DNA of 64,000 bases from Macrostomum lignano. Its lineage: Eukaryota. The stretch is taken from positions 337,043 to 401,042 of the forward strand of contig NIVC01000517.1 in NCBI GenBank assembly GCA_002269645.1. The letters run 5' to 3'. Under the pieces are notes generated by a model. It saw only the letters and a program-made list of their open reading frames with translations, was not told where the DNA came from and did not search any database. Shown one piece after another: positions 61,478 to 64,000 of this stretch. Position 1 is the first letter of the stretch. Every line of letters starts with the position of its first letter. Made by a program: the position numbers and the translations under genes.

Positions 61478-63404
61478 TCAATTTTTCGCCTTTCTTCTCG
61501 ACGCTTTCGTCCGTTCATGTCGAATTGTCTCGGCTTCTAAAGCCGACATCTCCACTAATCGCTGTACGAACGATGCCGGGCCTCCGATGGCCGCCTCGGC
61601 GAATCGGTACCTCTCCTCTGCAGTGATAGAGACCAGTGTTTAGGCTCAAGATTTCCTAGATATCACAGGGTTTTTTGTGCGATTCACACCTATAAGGGTC
61701 AAGATTTCCTAGATATCACAGGGTTTTTGTGCGATTCACACCTATAAGGGCCAACCTCTAAGTGTACACGCTTGACCAGTAGAAAGTCGGGGGACCGCTG
61801 TACACCCTGTGTGAGCGTGTGTATTATTGCGTGCCTGCGTACAGTATTGGCGCGCTTGTAGGTGTTCAGGTTTCGAGATGGATTTCGCCTAAGCCGTTAC
61901 GCCAGGGTGCCCACAAATGCATGCACATTAATACAGTAATACATATACGTGTTGGACTGTTGAACTGACAGCAGTTCTCCAGGGACATGCCAATGCTTTG
62001 TCCTTTCCCCACCCCACCTTGTGACTTTCTATGGAAATCGATCATTTTGCTTCAGGGCACCAAAATGAGTGCCTGCGGGGCTAAATTGAGTGTGCCTGCG
62101 GTGCTAAATTGAGTGCCTGCTGCGCTAAATTGAGTGCCTGCGGGGCTAAATTGAGTGCCTGCTGCGCTAAATTGAGTGCCTGCGAATGTACACTTGACTT
62201 TCTAATCGTCAGGCTCATAAGTGTGGCTTCGCACTGCTGTCTGTTCACGCAGGGAGCCACAAATTCTCACCATCTGAGTTGGCCTGCTGATTCAGTCTCG
62301 AGTTTTGCCCGCCGCCAGTCTGCTGTAGCCTGGCGTAGCTTGGCCGCTGCAGAGCTCTTCTGTTGTTGCTTAACGCCTGTTTGTGCTGTTGTTGTTGTTG
62401 CTGCTGCTGCTGCTGCTGCTGGCTGGTCGGAGCGCCCATCATCTGAGAGTCGCTAATTGGCGGATAGCTGGCGGTCTCTTCTGCAGTTGAAGTGTCCCCT
62501 GTTGCGCCTGTAACTGCTGCGTCGCCTGATTGGAATTTGTGGTTTTTTATTATCAGCCTGTGTTGCTTTTGCGTGCAATCTCACCTGTCAGACAAAACCA
62601 GCTGACAGAATCACACCTGTCAGACAGAACCAGCTGACAGAATCACACCTGTCAGACAAAACCAGCTGACAGAATCACACCTGTCAGACAAAACCAGCTG
62701 ACAGAATCACACCTGTCAGATAGAACCAGCTGACAGAATCACACCTGTCAGACAAAACCAGCTGATAGAATCACACCTGTCAGACAAAACCAGCTGACAG
62801 AATCACACCTGTCAGATAGAACCAGCTGACAGAATCTCACTTGTCAGACAAAACCAGCTGACAGAATCTCACTTGTCAGACAAAACCAGCTGACAGAATC
62901 TCACCTGTCAGACAGAACCAGCTGACAGAATCTCACCTGTCAGATAGAACCAGCTGACAGAATCACACCTGTCAGACAGAAACAGCTGACAGAATCACAC
63001 CTGTCAGACAGAACCAGCTGACAGAATCTCACCTGTCAGACAGAACCAGCTGACAGAATCACACCTGTCAATGGAACAACACCCGTGATGAGGAAATGCT
63101 TTACAACTCACCAAACACGCTGGAGTCCCGAAGCCCCATTGCTCGTTGCGAGCTCGACTGCTTTGGATTTTTCCCTTTATTCCACAGCCTCCACTGCTCG
63201 GGGGTGCCGCTAGCCGCCATCGCGGATCCATTTGCCAGTCCGAAGCCGATTCCAGCGAGGTCCAGGGTTCGATTGGTGCCCCTGAGCAGCACTCGGGAGT
63301 GAGTGGGCGGCGGCGGAGGGCGCTGAAGAGTCGCCTGCTGTTGCGGCGCGTTGGCCATTCTGTGAGACGATTTTGCGCCATCGCCTTTGATCAGTGCTCC
63401 CGAG
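61478..63404 (-). CDS. Last three exons of an unrecognised gene (5' part probably beyond the right edge)
   Basis: Exons 63404-63112, 62525-62271 and 61617-61478 join in frame (GTGAGT and GTGAGA donors, phase 1). Contains poly-P and poly-Q; terminal FVQRLVEMSALEAETIRHERTK..RRKAKN*. Confidence 0.7.
62064..62184. repeat. 21-bp repeat (AAATTGAGTGCCTGCGGGGCT), reverse-complement relative of the 42.5-kb array
   Basis: GCACCAAAATGAGTGCCTGC is the reverse complement of GCAGGCACTCATTTTGGTGC. Confidence 0.88.
62576..63070. repeat. 32-bp intronic minisatellite (CTGTCAGACAAAACCAGCTGACAGAATCACAC), ~15 copies
   Basis: Direct inspection. Confidence 0.95.
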
Positions 63405-63677
63405 CTTGAAAAATAATTAGGATTTGAATAAATTATAGTTGGATTGCGAAATTTGTGTTTCCATCGAAAATCTACTTGATTATAGAAACTTTGGGTAAGT
63501 GGTAGCTTAGTTGATATAAGCGTGTACTTTTAATGGCTTCTTGATTTCCGAAATTACTGGTTTTTTATTTATCGTAATTATCCCAAACTACATGTAATTG
63601 GCGATAACAATAACTTGATCTATTATTATATAGTTATAGTAACAGGAATTGTTTGTTGAATTAGATAGCAATAATGC

Positions 63678-64000
63678 GATCGGTGGCGGCAAAATGGGAT
63701 CGGTGGCGATAAAATGGGATCGGTGGCGATAAAATGGGATCGGTGGCGATAAAATGGGATCGGTGGCGATAAAATGGGATCGGTGGCGATAAAATGTGAT
63801 CGTTGGCGGCAAAATGGGATCTATGGTGCCAAAATGGGATCTATGGCGCCAAAATGGGATCTATGGCGCCAAAATGGGATCTATGGCGCCAAAATGGGAT
63901 CTATGGCGCCAAAATGGGATCTATGACGCCAGAATGAGATCCTGCGCCAAAATGGGATAGTGGCGCTTAAATGGGATCTATGGCGCCAAACTGAGATCGG
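63678..64000. repeat. 20-bp minisatellite switching from GATCGGTGGCGATAAAATGG to GATCTATGGCGCCAAAATGG
   Basis: Direct inspection; runs off the window. Confidence 0.93.

Overview
Eukaryotic (metazoan) genomic DNA with GT-AG introns, GC-rich exons, poly-Q tracts and very dense minisatellites. The style suggests a flatworm such as Macrostomum lignano, which is an inference, not a database result. All exon models and coordinates were derived by hand. Genes supported from the sequence: (1) three serpins: a minus-strand copy running off the left edge, its ~98% identical inverted twin at 7.3-9.8 kb, and a diverged paralogue at 10.6-14.4 kb; (2) a small AKAP-like exon; (3) a taxilin with an in-frame TAG and a coding VNTR; (4) a secreted PAN-like + fibrinogen-domain gene; (5) a frameshifted Mab-21/cGAS-like nucleotidyltransferase; (6) a 7-exon CDC27/APC3; (7) a small Tim10B-like chaperone; (8) the last three exons of an unrecognised minus-strand gene. 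Mobile remnants: a decayed non-LTR RT, a Crypton-like tyrosine recombinase, a MULE transposase and several MITEs, two with clean 8-bp TSDs. Most introns carry their own minisatellite, often with palindromic cores or higher-order structure. Best leads: serpin segmental gene conversion with divergent reactive loops, the intronic minisatellite system, the cGLR-like gene and the taxilin stop. No rRNA, tRNA or CRISPR array was recognised.
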